In this document: piece by piece, positions 18,717 to 28,862 of the stretch
How the letters are laid out: every line of letters starts with the position of its first letter
How positions within the stretch are numbered: position 1 is the stretch's first letter
DNA from: Candidatus Saccharimonadota bacterium
GTDB lineage: Bacteria; Patescibacteriota; Saccharimonadia; Saccharimonadales; UBA10212
Assembly: GCA_016187125.1 (NCBI GenBank)
Contig: JACPKF010000002.1
Location: 1,469 to 65,468 of the forward strand
Direction of reading: 5' to 3'
DNA: 64,000 nucleotides
Position numbers and translations under genes: made by a program
Notes under the pieces: model-generated
The model's database searches: none
The model's input: only the letters and a program-made list of their open reading frames with translations
Told to the model about the DNA's origin: nothing

Positions 18717-20099
18717 TTATAATTGATTTTCCCCACATCTATTATTCATCGGCAAAGGATCCCAGTGCCATGATTCCGCGGAATATTGCTTGAAGCCAAA
18801 CTTTTCGGCATTCTCATAAAGCCATACCCACTCCTTGCTACTCCTATCGGTTATTCTCCCGGAGCAGCTGGTAGTATTGGAGCCTTTGATATATGTGTTG
18901 CCGCCAAAATCTATGGCTACCCCAAGTTGATGCGGTGATTGGCCCGGGCGGGCACAATAATCACCATCGCCAGTGCCACCGCAAGAATTAGCCAGCCTGA
19001 AAGAACTGGTCGCCAAAAAATTCATTCCTGCCGCCTTAGCCGCTTCGCCTAAAGCAAACCAGGCTCCAGACACACGGGAATTAACCGTTACGCCGCCGCT
19101 AATTTGGGTACCAGAGACATCATTACCAACGCCAGGGATGTTGGGTATTTGGCAAAGTCGTATTTTAAGATCCCCCTGATCTTTTTTAAATGTTCCGGTG
19201 TATTGGCTAGTTACAACACCCAAGTCTTTTGTTCCAGTCGCACAGGCTACAGAATCTGAACTCAAACCTATGTCGCCGACAATTTGTGAACTATCGCCCG
19301 ATGTTGTTGTACCGCCACCACATAAAGCTCCATCTCCCGTACCTCCAGTCGGGGAGCCTACCGGCGGTACATTAAATTGAATCTGAGAAGAAGGCGTAAG
19401 AATTTTTGCATCAGCATTGAAATTGATAATTTCTTGAACTATTGTTCCCACTGTTTGGGCATAGTCAGGAGCAGTTGCATACCCCCCTGCGGCTACGGCA
19501 GTAATAAACTGGATAGGATTGTTTGAGTACTGGAACGCTGATGAATAGTTAGAGTTTGTACGTAAGAAGTTTGAGTGGTCATTAAAACTTTCTTGAGCCG
19601 AAGCATAAACCCTGAATTTGGCTTGAACACGCACTGAGCTTCCATTAATTACTTCAGTCGTCCACAATAACTGTGTGGGGCCAGTCCAGCTACTGCTAGC
19701 TTTGATTCCAAAGAAGTTATTGCCAGGTGCGCTATCGCCAAAAGCTGACTCGACAATAGCTTGAGCTTGCGTCACCTCCCATGGGACACCCGATTGTATC
19801 GCATCATTATAAGCCATCTGCCCATAGGCTTTTACAAAGGCGGCTACTCGTTCGCTTGGCGATAGATTGCTAGGTATACTGGTAGATCCGCCAGGCGAAC
19901 TATTAGCACCACAGGCTTGTAGTGTTTCTTCTGTATTGAAATAATAAATTCCAGATTGGAAAACTTTTTTTTGAGCATCCGACAGGGCACTTACCGGAAC
20001 AGGAAATAGAACAATTAAAATCCCGACTCCGTACAACAACTTTGTTAAAATTCTAGCAGTCTTTTTCCCGGCACTTATATAAGAGAGTTCAGCGGTCAA
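18717..20099 (-). CDS. bifunctional peptidoglycan hydrolase: N-acetylglucosaminidase/muramidase-like domain plus M15 (VanY-like, LAS) peptidase domain
   Basis: The N-terminal half has AQAIVESAFGDSAPGNNFFGIKAS...FRVYAS...DHSNFL (glucosaminidase family). The C-terminal half has SPHQLGVAIDF and ESWHWD (SxHxxGxAxD / ExxH zinc peptidase). An N-terminal TM or signal segment is present. Confidence 0.7.
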   Translation of the reverse strand: MTAELSYISAGKKTARILTKLLYGVGILIVLFPVPVSALSDAQKKVFQSGIYYFNTEETLQACGANSSPGGSTSIPSNLSPSERVAAFVKAYGQMAYNDAIQSGVPWEVTQAQAIVESAFGDSAPGNNFFGIKASSSWTGPTQLLWTTEVINGSSVRVQAKFRVYASAQESFNDHSNFLRTNSNYSSAFQYSNNPIQFITAVAAGGYATAPDYAQTVGTIVQEIINFNADAKILTPSSQIQFNVPPVGSPTGGTGDGALCGGGTTTSGDSSQIVGDIGLSSDSVACATGTKDLGVVTSQYTGTFKKDQGDLKIRLCQIPNIPGVGNDVSGTQISGGVTVNSRVSGAWFALGEAAKAAGMNFLATSSFRLANSCGGTGDGDYCARPGQSPHQLGVAIDFGGNTYIKGSNTTSCSGRITDRSSKEWVWLYENAEKFGFKQYSAESWHWDPLPMNNRCGENQL

Positions 20100-20100
20100 T

Positions 20101-23100
20101 TTAATGTCCTCCTATGGAATAGTGGTAGTGGCCAGAGTTGCTACAGGTTTCTCCGGTTAGATCGGAAATATTATACTTTGTGCCGATTTGATCTGCTGAA
20201 AAGGCGTTAAATGGACAGCCAAAATCAACAGCCTTACCTTGATAATGATTTGATGTTATTTCTCCGTGGCACTGGCCGGCAAGGGCGTTAATTTGGATGT
20301 CTTGGACTTGGCTGAGCTCTTGGATAAATGCCAGTAGGTTGGTGCTTAAAGCAACCACGCTAACAGGAGCTTGGGCGCCACGCCCGCTGATCCCGCAGCT
20401 AGAAGTAGTATGGGCGAGCTGTCCGTTGGCTGTCTGTTGAATATTTTGCTCTGGTGTTGAACCGTCAGTTATATCTGAGCTACTAAGCACATTAAATTTA
20501 ATGTGCCCGGCCTTTGCTGAATTTAGTATTTGTTGGGCTAGTTGAGTAGCAGTCCCTGATGGAGTTGTACTGGGAGCTGTTGTCGAGCCAGAGCCTTGGA
20601 AATAAGTCTTCAGCTCGGCGATTATATTAATAATTGATTGTTGGTTGGAGCTGAAACTGTTGCCAATACACCAGCTTTTGGGATTTGGAATAAGACATTC
20701 ATTGACAACTTCTTTATCGACGAAGAAAAAGCCAGTTGCCGAGTCGCGTAACAGCAGAGACTTTTGCAGATCACCTGAGGAGTTAACTGCTTTATCATAT
20801 TCAGGATCACCTTGGGGATGGCCGGAAGCAGTACTTACCTGCCCCAAAATATCTTTTAGGTTGCTGCCTGGATGCAATTCCTGAGCTTTGGCAATAACTT
20901 CTGAAGCGGAAGGATTGGGTACTTGTACGGCAGCAAGACCAACTTGCCAGGCATAGCCAGGGGGACAAACATCAGTAAAGTTAATATGCGTATTGCCGCT
21001 GCCAGTACCACAGTTTGAATAGCCAATCGGGTTGTCGAGGCTTAGTACGCCTTCGCGCAGCGACCACCATGTACCGTTGGCGGCCATGGTAGCGTTTGCA
21101 TCAGCGCTACCACCTAGGTTTGGTACCACGTTTTCGGCTATATATTTTATCCACTTAGTTTGAGTGGCGTCTAGTTGTTGGCCACCCAAGCTTGTAAGAG
21201 GCGGAGCTGAAACAGAAGGGGTCGTGGAAGGCGCCGTACCAGTTGAGCCAGAGGTTTGGCCAAAACCGACTTGGGTACAAGAATCTTCGTCACCTTCCCA
21301 ACAGGCCATAGCATCCGCGAGGCGCGAATCAGCAACAAATAACATAATTCTATGCCAGTTTTCGCTACCATCGTCGCAACTAGCACTAGTGTAATCGCTT
21401 GAGCCAGGATTGACGTCGTCTTTAGCTATTACACTCCAGACACCGGAATCCTTGCTGATATCAACACCAAAGCAGCTTTTCGCACGGCTTATATAACTAC
21501 TATCTGCAGCTAAAAGCTTAGCTACCTCTTCACCATTGGCATACGGGTTTTCATATTTAGGGTCTTCGGCTAAACTCTGCGGAATGCCATAACGTGCAAA
21601 TCCCCAGTCATAAGGCTGTGGCTCAGCGTGAGTCAATGGTGTAAAGAGCTTGGAGGCTGTCGAGAATATACTACCGAAATTTGTAAACACAGAGCCCAGC
21701 TTAGCTATATTCTGCTGGATACTTGGGCTGTAGCCATCCACTACCTTAGATGCCAACGAACGGTAGTCATGAACATCGAATAATTTGCTGGCCAGACTTT
21801 TCGAATTGAAATCTTGCTGATCAGCCAACCTTTGCTGGCTGTCAAGCATAGCGCTCTCCGAATCACTTAGCTCAACGCCGCCAGAACTACGAGCGACTAT
21901 ATTACCCAACTCCCGGCCACTATACGCCAGTATGTTGCCGCCTAACGGGCCGCTAAGGGTTTCTGGAATCACTGCTTTATCTTCTAATAAAGGCGCTAAT
22001 TGCTGGTGAAGAACAAACAGTACGGTAGCAGTTGCCGCCAAAGCGGCGCCTTGCTGAGCCGCATATAAGCCCCAGCTGCCACCGAAGGTAAAGGCTCCTG
22101 CTGCAAGCAGTACTATACTGGCAACGCCTTGTACAATTAGCCCAGGAGTGCTGCAAAGGAAGCCGGTAGCATCAACCCCACTAACTTTTATTTGAACCTC
22201 GTTTCTTATCTTATCGGCAGTTGTACTATTGGAAAAAGCTGCCCCGATGCCGGTGGGTAAATCAGGCCCCGTCGGGTTAGCCGTACCAGCAGTGGCTTGG
22301 AGTGCCTTAGCTTGCCATATTGATTGGCCATTTTCATCAATAAGACTATTAGCCACCGCTCCGAGTTCAGTCGACGTGAAACCTCCCTGGCCCGACTGGC
22401 CTTGCGAACCCACTGCTATTTTGTCTGTGGCGTTTACTACCCCGGGTAGGACAATTACGCCTCGGTTGACGGTTACGGCGTCGTCCGCAAGTCCCCTAAC
22501 TTCACACAGCAAAGCCGACGCAGCCAAGGCGGTCGATGCTCCTATTGCTGCTACTTTACCTTTATTCGATTGTAGAAAACCTTTTACTTTTGCCCGGGCT
22601 CCGGAAACTTTTTGTGCGCCGGGCTCTTGTAGTTTCGCTTGGCGTTCCCTCTCAGCCTTAGCAGCATCGGCTGCCGAAAACTGGGCGCTTACTTTGGCTT
22701 TAACACGGTTAGACAGCGGCGAAAATAGCTTTGGTAAACCAAAAGCCGTTCTCACAAACCTAGTTTGCATCGCAGAGGTTATTGCTCCGTCACCCAGTTT
22801 TCCAATCGAAGTCTTAACCAGCATTTTTGTAAAATTCATCCCCTTTACGCTAGTGGCGTCAAGTTTTATGCTCCAGCGATCAGAGTCTACTTGGGTTAAT
22901 ATGCTAGCATCCTTGATCTCAAAATCACTCAATAATCTCTCCCTTAAGGTTAAGTTGCGTATCCCCTTATATTCATTTTTGGACGTATCAATGATAAGCT
23001 CATTCGGTACCCCAAAAGAGTTTTTCCTAAATTCAAAGCCCAGGTCCCTCAATTGCGACAGTGTGCCTCGGTAAATCCTACTCCCAACTAGATTAAGGCG

Positions 23101-23751
23101 GGTTTCGCCAATATCGCCGCTGCGGGCGTAGCGGAATAAACCTTTATATCTGGTTGAGGAAGTTTGTTGATTGCCAAAAAAATTTTTACCTAAAATCTGC
23201 GACAGATGAATAAGCTGCAGCGGTCCCTGAAGAATGGAAAAACCAAAAAATAGGCCAATGATGGTGCCGGTAATCCCACCAATACCCAAAATTTTCCGTC
23301 GGCGGGTACGGAAAAGATTTTTAAGTCTTGAAGTCTCAGATGAGGCTCCCGGACTTGGCTTATATAAACTACGTTCAGCCTTTGGAACCGCGGCGCCGGT
23401 TTTATCTGCCGCGCCTTTGTCGGTTGAGTCTTCCTTGTCTTTGAGATTTTGGGCGGCTTGTTTGGGACTTTCCGGGCTGCCCGACTGGCCACGATTCCAA
23501 GGTCTCCACGGTGTCTTCTGAGTAGGGTGTTGGTCGGTGGCAGTTTCGGGTACATTGCCCGGTCGGTCATAGGTCGGCCTTTTTTCCTCTACGGGCTGCT
23601 TGGAGCTATCTTGCAGATGATCTTTGCTTCTTGGTGTTGTTTGCCCTTGGCCGTCAATGGCTTTTAGGTCTGGGCGGTAGCCGGTACCAGAAGACTGTTC
23701 ACCGGGTTCATTATAGTCATCCGGCTCTAATTTTGGTGCTGGCTGTGCCAT
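20101..23751 (-). CDS. 1216-aa polytopic membrane protein with a C-terminal LAS-type (M15-like) zinc-peptidase motif; T4SS-associated
   Basis: Disordered N-terminus, TM segments near aa 165 and aa 540-600, and Thr/Pro/Ser linkers. The extreme C-terminus carries SNHYQGKAVDF (HxxGxAxD) and SGHYHYS. It is tightly packed between the VirB4 and hydrolase genes. Confidence 0.6.
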   Translation of the reverse strand: MAQPAPKLEPDDYNEPGEQSSGTGYRPDLKAIDGQGQTTPRSKDHLQDSSKQPVEEKRPTYDRPGNVPETATDQHPTQKTPWRPWNRGQSGSPESPKQAAQNLKDKEDSTDKGAADKTGAAVPKAERSLYKPSPGASSETSRLKNLFRTRRRKILGIGGITGTIIGLFFGFSILQGPLQLIHLSQILGKNFFGNQQTSSTRYKGLFRYARSGDIGETRLNLVGSRIYRGTLSQLRDLGFEFRKNSFGVPNELIIDTSKNEYKGIRNLTLRERLLSDFEIKDASILTQVDSDRWSIKLDATSVKGMNFTKMLVKTSIGKLGDGAITSAMQTRFVRTAFGLPKLFSPLSNRVKAKVSAQFSAADAAKAERERQAKLQEPGAQKVSGARAKVKGFLQSNKGKVAAIGASTALAASALLCEVRGLADDAVTVNRGVIVLPGVVNATDKIAVGSQGQSGQGGFTSTELGAVANSLIDENGQSIWQAKALQATAGTANPTGPDLPTGIGAAFSNSTTADKIRNEVQIKVSGVDATGFLCSTPGLIVQGVASIVLLAAGAFTFGGSWGLYAAQQGAALAATATVLFVLHQQLAPLLEDKAVIPETLSGPLGGNILAYSGRELGNIVARSSGGVELSDSESAMLDSQQRLADQQDFNSKSLASKLFDVHDYRSLASKVVDGYSPSIQQNIAKLGSVFTNFGSIFSTASKLFTPLTHAEPQPYDWGFARYGIPQSLAEDPKYENPYANGEEVAKLLAADSSYISRAKSCFGVDISKDSGVWSVIAKDDVNPGSSDYTSASCDDGSENWHRIMLFVADSRLADAMACWEGDEDSCTQVGFGQTSGSTGTAPSTTPSVSAPPLTSLGGQQLDATQTKWIKYIAENVVPNLGGSADANATMAANGTWWSLREGVLSLDNPIGYSNCGTGSGNTHINFTDVCPPGYAWQVGLAAVQVPNPSASEVIAKAQELHPGSNLKDILGQVSTASGHPQGDPEYDKAVNSSGDLQKSLLLRDSATGFFFVDKEVVNECLIPNPKSWCIGNSFSSNQQSIINIIAELKTYFQGSGSTTAPSTTPSGTATQLAQQILNSAKAGHIKFNVLSSSDITDGSTPEQNIQQTANGQLAHTTSSCGISGRGAQAPVSVVALSTNLLAFIQELSQVQDIQINALAGQCHGEITSNHYQGKAVDFGCPFNAFSADQIGTKYNISDLTGETCSNSGHYHYSIGGH

Positions 23752-23757
23752 TGGGGA

Positions 23758-25713
23758 CTAAACTCCGCCGGGCTGTTGTGACGGAGGGCTGGCTTGTTGC
23801 ACCGCGGACGCTGGCTGGTCTTGCGTCTCAAGTTCATCCTCCTCACCGGTCTCAGTCTCATCTATATCCTCATTTTCCAGGACCTCCTCCGCTTCGGGAT
23901 TTGGGCTAATTAAGCTGGCTTCGGTGGGACTGGCGATCACCTGAATGTGCACGTGATTCTGGCCGGCAAAAAACAGCCCTTGGCCAATCGGAAACTGGCT
24001 TAAGCGTTTTTTTTCTTCCTCAGTCAGCTTAAACACATCGCTCAATACATCGACGGCGCTAACGCTTTGTTTGAGTAAAATCTGGACACTGGCGTTGGCC
24101 ACAATGGCCCGTCCCATGCGCGAGGCCATGAAATCTTCCACGTCTTGAGTCACGGTCGTCAGGCCCAAATTATATTTGCGGGCCCGCTTGGCCAGACTAA
24201 ACATAAAGTTGGCGCTATCTTCAAAACGCATCAACTGCCAGGCTTCGTCAACGATCAGCAGCCGCCGCTTTTTATCGGCTTTGGTTTTATTCCATATAAA
24301 ATTCAGCACGATGTACATGGCCACCGGTCGCAGTTCGTCTTCCAGATCCCGGATGTTGAAAACAACCATGGAGTTATTGACGTTAATGTTGCTGGGCTGG
24401 CTAAAAATACCGGCAAAAGTTCCGGATGTGTACTTGCGCAGGCGCTGGGCCAGCTGCGGTCCGGTGCTGCCCATGTGCAGCAATGTGTCATATAAGTCAT
24501 GAATGGTTGGCGGCATTGAGCCGTGAGTCAAAGGATCATTGGTGATTCCGGCTTTAGCATAAGTTTCAATCAGTGCCGCGTCCAAATCGGCTTCTTCAAC
24601 CGGATTAAGAGCCGGCGCCATGGTCAGTCCGGTTTGCAGCATCTGAGCCTGAGCGCCGCCCATCATCAACCGGAACAAACCGTGCAAAGTAATGAGATTG
24701 CTTCTCAGGGCATTATCGGCTTCTTCGTCATCCACCACTTGCGGCAAGTCAAAGGGATTAATGCGCGTCGAGCTATTTAAGCTGAGTCGGACATAAGCGC
24801 CACCAACGGCATCGCACATTTTTTGATATTCGTTTTCCGGATCAATAATAAAAATTTCGGTGCCAAACATCATGCTGCGCAGAGCTTCTAGCTTAACCAT
24901 AAAGCTCTTGCCGGCGCCGGATTTGGCAAAGACTACGCTGTTGCCGTTTTCCAAAGAGAAACGGTCAAAAATAACCAAGCCCGAATTATGCATATTAATG
25001 CCGTATAAAATGCCGTTTTCCTGAGTCAGGTCAGCTGAAGTGAAAGGAAAGCTGGTGGACAGGGCGGCGGTATTCATGTTGCGGTAAATCTGCAGCTGAT
25101 CAACAAACTGCGGGATGACGCTGTTTAAGCCCTGTTCTTGTTGAGCCGTGGCCGCCTTGGAATAAACCAGCTGCTGTCCCAGCATCGATTCCACTTTATG
25201 GCTAATGAACTCTAATTCCTCATCTGAACCGGCGTAAATTGTAAAATAAAAGCCAAAGCGGAAGAAGCGTTCTTCGCCGACCTGCAGCTTATCGCGCATT
25301 TCTTCAGCGTCTTGGATAGCAGCTTCTTTGCCTGGGTCTCTAACCCGGCCTTTTTCGCTGTCAATTTGGATGCCGGCCTGCAGCTGAGAAACTTTCTTGC
25401 GCAGATTATTTAATACTACCTGGCTGTCTACCGGTTGAACGATCATAGACAGATCTATAACTTCGTCCAAATTGACCATGCCGGAAAGCCAGCCGGTATA
25501 AACTTGGCGAGGATAGCCATAAACATAATAAGTTCGGGCAAAGCGGGTGCCGATTCTGAAATTGTTACCGTTAAATTCCAGCGAGCTGGGGGCGATAAAA
25601 TCGCGCAGGGCGGTAATGCCTTTTTGAAAAGCCGTGCTAACCTCTTGAGCTTCGACTGCTTGCTGCCCAGCTACCGGATCGTCCGGTTTTTTCTTGCCAA
25701 AACCTAGCATCAA
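23758..25713 (-). CDS. VirB4/TrsE/PrgJ-family T4SS ATPase (ATPase-bearing part)
   Basis: Walker A FAKSGAGKSFMVK and Walker B RRLLIVDEAWQLM. The N-terminal region DFIAPSSLEFNGNNFRIGTRFARTYYVYGYP is typical of Gram-positive VirB4 homologs. The ATG at 25710 behind a GGAGG is the likely start. Confidence 0.85.
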   Translation of the reverse strand: MMLGFGKKKPDDPVAGQQAVEAQEVSTAFQKGITALRDFIAPSSLEFNGNNFRIGTRFARTYYVYGYPRQVYTGWLSGMVNLDEVIDLSMIVQPVDSQVVLNNLRKKVSQLQAGIQIDSEKGRVRDPGKEAAIQDAEEMRDKLQVGEERFFRFGFYFTIYAGSDEELEFISHKVESMLGQQLVYSKAATAQQEQGLNSVIPQFVDQLQIYRNMNTAALSTSFPFTSADLTQENGILYGINMHNSGLVIFDRFSLENGNSVVFAKSGAGKSFMVKLEALRSMMFGTEIFIIDPENEYQKMCDAVGGAYVRLSLNSSTRINPFDLPQVVDDEEADNALRSNLITLHGLFRLMMGGAQAQMLQTGLTMAPALNPVEEADLDAALIETYAKAGITNDPLTHGSMPPTIHDLYDTLLHMGSTGPQLAQRLRKYTSGTFAGIFSQPSNINVNNSMVVFNIRDLEDELRPVAMYIVLNFIWNKTKADKKRRLLIVDEAWQLMRFEDSANFMFSLAKRARKYNLGLTTVTQDVEDFMASRMGRAIVANASVQILLKQSVSAVDVLSDVFKLTEEEKKRLSQFPIGQGLFFAGQNHVHIQVIASPTEASLISPNPEAEEVLENEDIDETETGEEDELETQDQPASAVQQASPPSQQPGGV

Positions 25714-25852
25714 TCGGCCTCCGGCCTTCCATTAACCATTAACCATTTACTATTTACCACACATTTACCATTTGCCATTAACCACTGACCATGGATAACT
25801 GTAAAAGTAGAGAGTATGGTGAAAGGTGAAAAGTGAAGGGTAAACGGGTTTG

Positions 25853-26815
25853 TCATGACAAACCTTCCTTGCCAAAGTGCGGTTGGTGGGCATTACCCTT
25901 GCCTTTGGTTATAATCGGCACGTTCAAATCGCCGGCGTCGCCCAGTTGCTGATTGGCAGCGGTGTCGGGATTATAAGCCTCATAATAAAGCTCAATTAGC
26001 TCCTGCGTATCCAGCGGTATGCTATTGACTCCACACTGCAGCAGTCCCTGCATAACGGAATTTACCCGGTTGCGCAACTCTGTCTTGGCTTTTTCCAGCG
26101 TGCCTTCATCTATAACTACATGCGGTGTTTTGGTACCGCCTAGAAGTTCGGCCACTCCGGTAAAAAAGCCAGTACTTTGGCGAAGAGCCCGCCGGATATC
26201 GGCGTTGGCGTCGGGATAACCAATAACTATGTAAAAACGCTTATCCATGATGTTGGTACTCTGGGCAATTTGGGCTAAAAAATTAATGTAATCTTCCATA
26301 AGTACCCCCAGCAGCATGCTCTCTTGCTGCATACGTAGTTTGTCCAATTTGTCGAGGTAGGGGTCAAGATCTACCTTCTGAGAGCGCATGTATATCTGGA
26401 TCGGAAAATAAAGCGAATTCAAAAAGCCTTGGTAAGCAAATTCCACAGCTTCTCGTTCACTGGAATTCATCAGATCGAAGTTGATGGATTTACACATTAC
26501 TACTGCTCGGAAGGAACCGTCATTTAAAATAGCCAATCCGTCGCGGATTTCGGCGATTTGCAGAGTATTTTGAGTACTGTTCAGGTTGGCAACACCGGTC
26601 TTATCGGGCGTTTGCTTGGCTGGTATAACCTGGGGCGAGACCGCAGCCGCTGGCATTGGCGGCATTATCGGTTGAGTAACATTGTCAGTCGGCAGGGATT
26701 GCGGCGGGGGTTGGGCAGGCGCAGGTGCCGCTGGCAAAGGCGCAGCCGAAGAAGTTGGCGGGGGCTGACCACCCACGGTAGGGGTTATGATGTTCGGCTT
26801 TTGACTAGGATTCAT
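25853..26815 (-). CDS. proline-rich protein whose ordered part resembles the extreme N-terminal domain of Gram-positive VirB4 proteins (possible split VirB4 N-fragment)
   Basis: The first ~70 aa are Pro/Ala-rich and no TM segment is present. The remainder (IAEIRDGLAILNDGSFRAVVMCKSINFDLMNSSEREAVEFAYQGFLNSL...ELIELYYEAYNP) is recalled from memory as VirB4 N-domain-like and has not been verified. Confidence 0.45.
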   Translation of the reverse strand: MNPSQKPNIITPTVGGQPPPTSSAAPLPAAPAPAQPPPQSLPTDNVTQPIMPPMPAAAVSPQVIPAKQTPDKTGVANLNSTQNTLQIAEIRDGLAILNDGSFRAVVMCKSINFDLMNSSEREAVEFAYQGFLNSLYFPIQIYMRSQKVDLDPYLDKLDKLRMQQESMLLGVLMEDYINFLAQIAQSTNIMDKRFYIVIGYPDANADIRRALRQSTGFFTGVAELLGGTKTPHVVIDEGTLEKAKTELRNRVNSVMQGLLQCGVNSIPLDTQELIELYYEAYNPDTAANQQLGDAGDLNVPIITKGKGNAHQPHFGKEGLS

Positions 26816-27031
26816 CCCAGGCCTCCTTCGGAGGCAATTATCAATTTACAATTTACAATTTTCATTAAATTTACATTTAACAGTCTCCAAACATAGCTTA
26901 GGGCTTGAAGTTGAGTGCAAGAATTTTTTTTGGGCTGTGGACTGTTAGCTGTGGACTGTGGACTCATTTTTCTCCCACCCTCTTTGGTTATGCGGCTTGC
27001 CCGCCTAAAATCTCTAAGAAATTTTGATGGG

Positions 27032-27949
27032 TCAGTGCAAAGATATGACTACTTCGTTAGGACCGATCTGCTGCACGGCGTTTTTACGATTGGCTAATCT
27101 GGCAATCGAAGCCACACTTAAATCATTACCGCTTTGGGCTAGCTCCAGTTTATCAGCTCTAGCGGTAGCTGTCACGGGAGAAGAACTGGCCGAAGCTCCG
27201 GCTTGATTTTGGTCATTGCCATCAGCCGCCGCGGCGGTCGTTGAAGCCGAGTCAGCCGTAATAGTTGGCTCAACCGGCAAGGCCGCCTGAGTTCTGGCAG
27301 CCGAAATAGTATGAGAAATTTTTTTCCGGCGCTGATCATCTTGCTGCTGCATCAAACCGCTAAAATATTGGGCCGTCGGATTATTTTTCTCGTCCATGAT
27401 GTCATCGGCCGGATTTATATCTACGTCAATTGCCGCTTGGTTCAAGGTATTGGGGGCCACCAGGCGGTCGCTCATAGCTTCAAATGCCGGGTTGGGTTGA
27501 AGGTTCAGATTTTTTATAGCCCAACCCCGGCTATCCAGTGTCGCCGTTAAAGTCTGCAATCGGCTGCGAACCTCGGTCTCGCTGAGGCCCTTAGTGTGAA
27601 GCTTGGCGATTTTTTTAGGCGCTGTTATACTCACCAGTTTACTAATTCCGGTCTGATCCCAGAGGCGCTGGCGCGGTTTAACTAAAAAGCGTAGATGAGC
27701 CAGCAGCCAAACCTCCGTCGGCTGCTGCCGCCCTAAAGGCGATGCCAGTACGCCAAACAAGGCCATGGGAAGTACTAAAAGCAGTATCACCAGCCAGCGC
27801 CAGCTACCGACATCTGGGGCCAAAACTAGTCTAAAATCAATAAAAGCGCAAAGCCCGGCAATAACAGCGTAAATAAAGCCCTTTAGCGTCAAAGGTCCCA
27901 GGAGCTTATCTTCGGACTCAATATCTTGTATTACTTTATATACGGCCAT
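27032..27949 (-). CDS. PrgI-family (VirB3-like) T4SS membrane protein with a long C-terminal extension
   Basis: The N-terminus YKVIQDIESEDKLLGPLTLKGFIYAVIAGLCAF followed by two TM segments matches the PrgI family signature (..DI..EDK..GPLT.KQF.Y). Confidence 0.7.
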   Translation of the reverse strand: MAVYKVIQDIESEDKLLGPLTLKGFIYAVIAGLCAFIDFRLVLAPDVGSWRWLVILLLVLPMALFGVLASPLGRQQPTEVWLLAHLRFLVKPRQRLWDQTGISKLVSITAPKKIAKLHTKGLSETEVRSRLQTLTATLDSRGWAIKNLNLQPNPAFEAMSDRLVAPNTLNQAAIDVDINPADDIMDEKNNPTAQYFSGLMQQQDDQRRKKISHTISAARTQAALPVEPTITADSASTTAAAADGNDQNQAGASASSSPVTATARADKLELAQSGNDLSVASIARLANRKNAVQQIGPNEVVISLH

Positions 27950-28092
27950 AAAAATAGCTCGTAGCTGCTAGCTCGTAGCCGTTAGCTTAATCCTTTTTAG
28001 CCTTTATCATTTTTCTTGCTATTAGCTATCTGCTAATCGCTAACCCTCAGTATCTAACAGATTAACGCTTATGGCAATAATTACTGGCAAGG

Positions 28093-28353
28093 TTATTTTC
28101 TATAAACTTCTCTGCGATGATCAACGGCCAATACGCTAATTTTTTTATTCCCGGCATCAAAGAGTATCCGGTAATTACCAACTCGCCACCTGTATTGCCC
28201 GCTGCGCTTATCGGTAAGCTTCGCAGCGTAACTTAGCGGGTTTGGTTGCGCTAGGAAAAACTTAATTTTCTCACCAATCCTGCTACGGACTACCGGGTTA
28301 AGTTTCTCTAAGTCTTTTCTAGCTGTTTCTTTGAATTCAATCTGCCAGTTCAC
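28093..28353 (-). CDS. type II toxin, RelE/ParE family
   Basis: 86 aa ending YRWRVGNYRILFDAGNKKISVLAVDHRREVY. It overlaps the upstream antitoxin gene by 4 nt. Confidence 0.8.
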   Translation of the reverse strand: MNWQIEFKETARKDLEKLNPVVRSRIGEKIKFFLAQPNPLSYAAKLTDKRSGQYRWRVGNYRILFDAGNKKISVLAVDHRREVYRK

Positions 28354-28628
28354 AGACCGTCGCCAAATACTTCTTCAAAACTGTATGTCTTAGTCTCGCG
28401 ACGGGCCCTGGCTATCTTTTTTATAAAACGGGGGTTCTGGCTGGTCAGAAAATCTTCTAATATGTCAGTATCCACTAAGGCAATATCTGGTTTCCCGCGG
28501 CGCTTAACAATCAGTACGTCGCCTGAAGACACATTGTTGAGTGCCTCGGCCATATTCTCGCGGAGTTTCGCGGAAGTTATTACTGTTGTAGTCATATCTT
28601 CTCCTTTTTGTACATCAATAGTGTACAT
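28350..28628 (-). CDS. type II antitoxin, Phd/YefM family
   Basis: Sequence TTTVITSAKLRENMAEALNNVSSGDVLIVKRRGKPDIALVD. The likely start is the internal Met (MTTTV). Confidence 0.75.
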   Translation of the reverse strand: MYTIDVQKGEDMTTTVITSAKLRENMAEALNNVSSGDVLIVKRRGKPDIALVDTDILEDFLTSQNPRFIKKIARARRETKTYSFEEVFGDGL

Positions 28629-28862
28629 TATATCAGAAGGTCAGTCAACGATTTTTCGGCTAAAAGCTGTTAGCTAACAGCTCATAGCTATTTTCTGCAG
28701 GGTTCTGCAGGGATTGTCCCTGCAAACGGGGGAAATATTGTATAGTATATAGTCTTCGGGTTATTACCTTATTGTTTCCAGGGTGGTACCCTGTAAATGG
28801 GTCTCGGATTTCCAAGATTTCCAAGGACGGTTCTTGGAAAAATGATGGAGTAAATGGATCTC

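Noticed and set aside
22229-23074. 281-aa plus-strand ORF inside the 1216-aa T4SS gene (similar cases at 29837..30379, 32052..32414 and 5172..6003)
   Set aside because: These are antisense shadows of long, coherent minus-strand genes. They have no motifs and Ala/Ser/Pro/Arg-rich composition.
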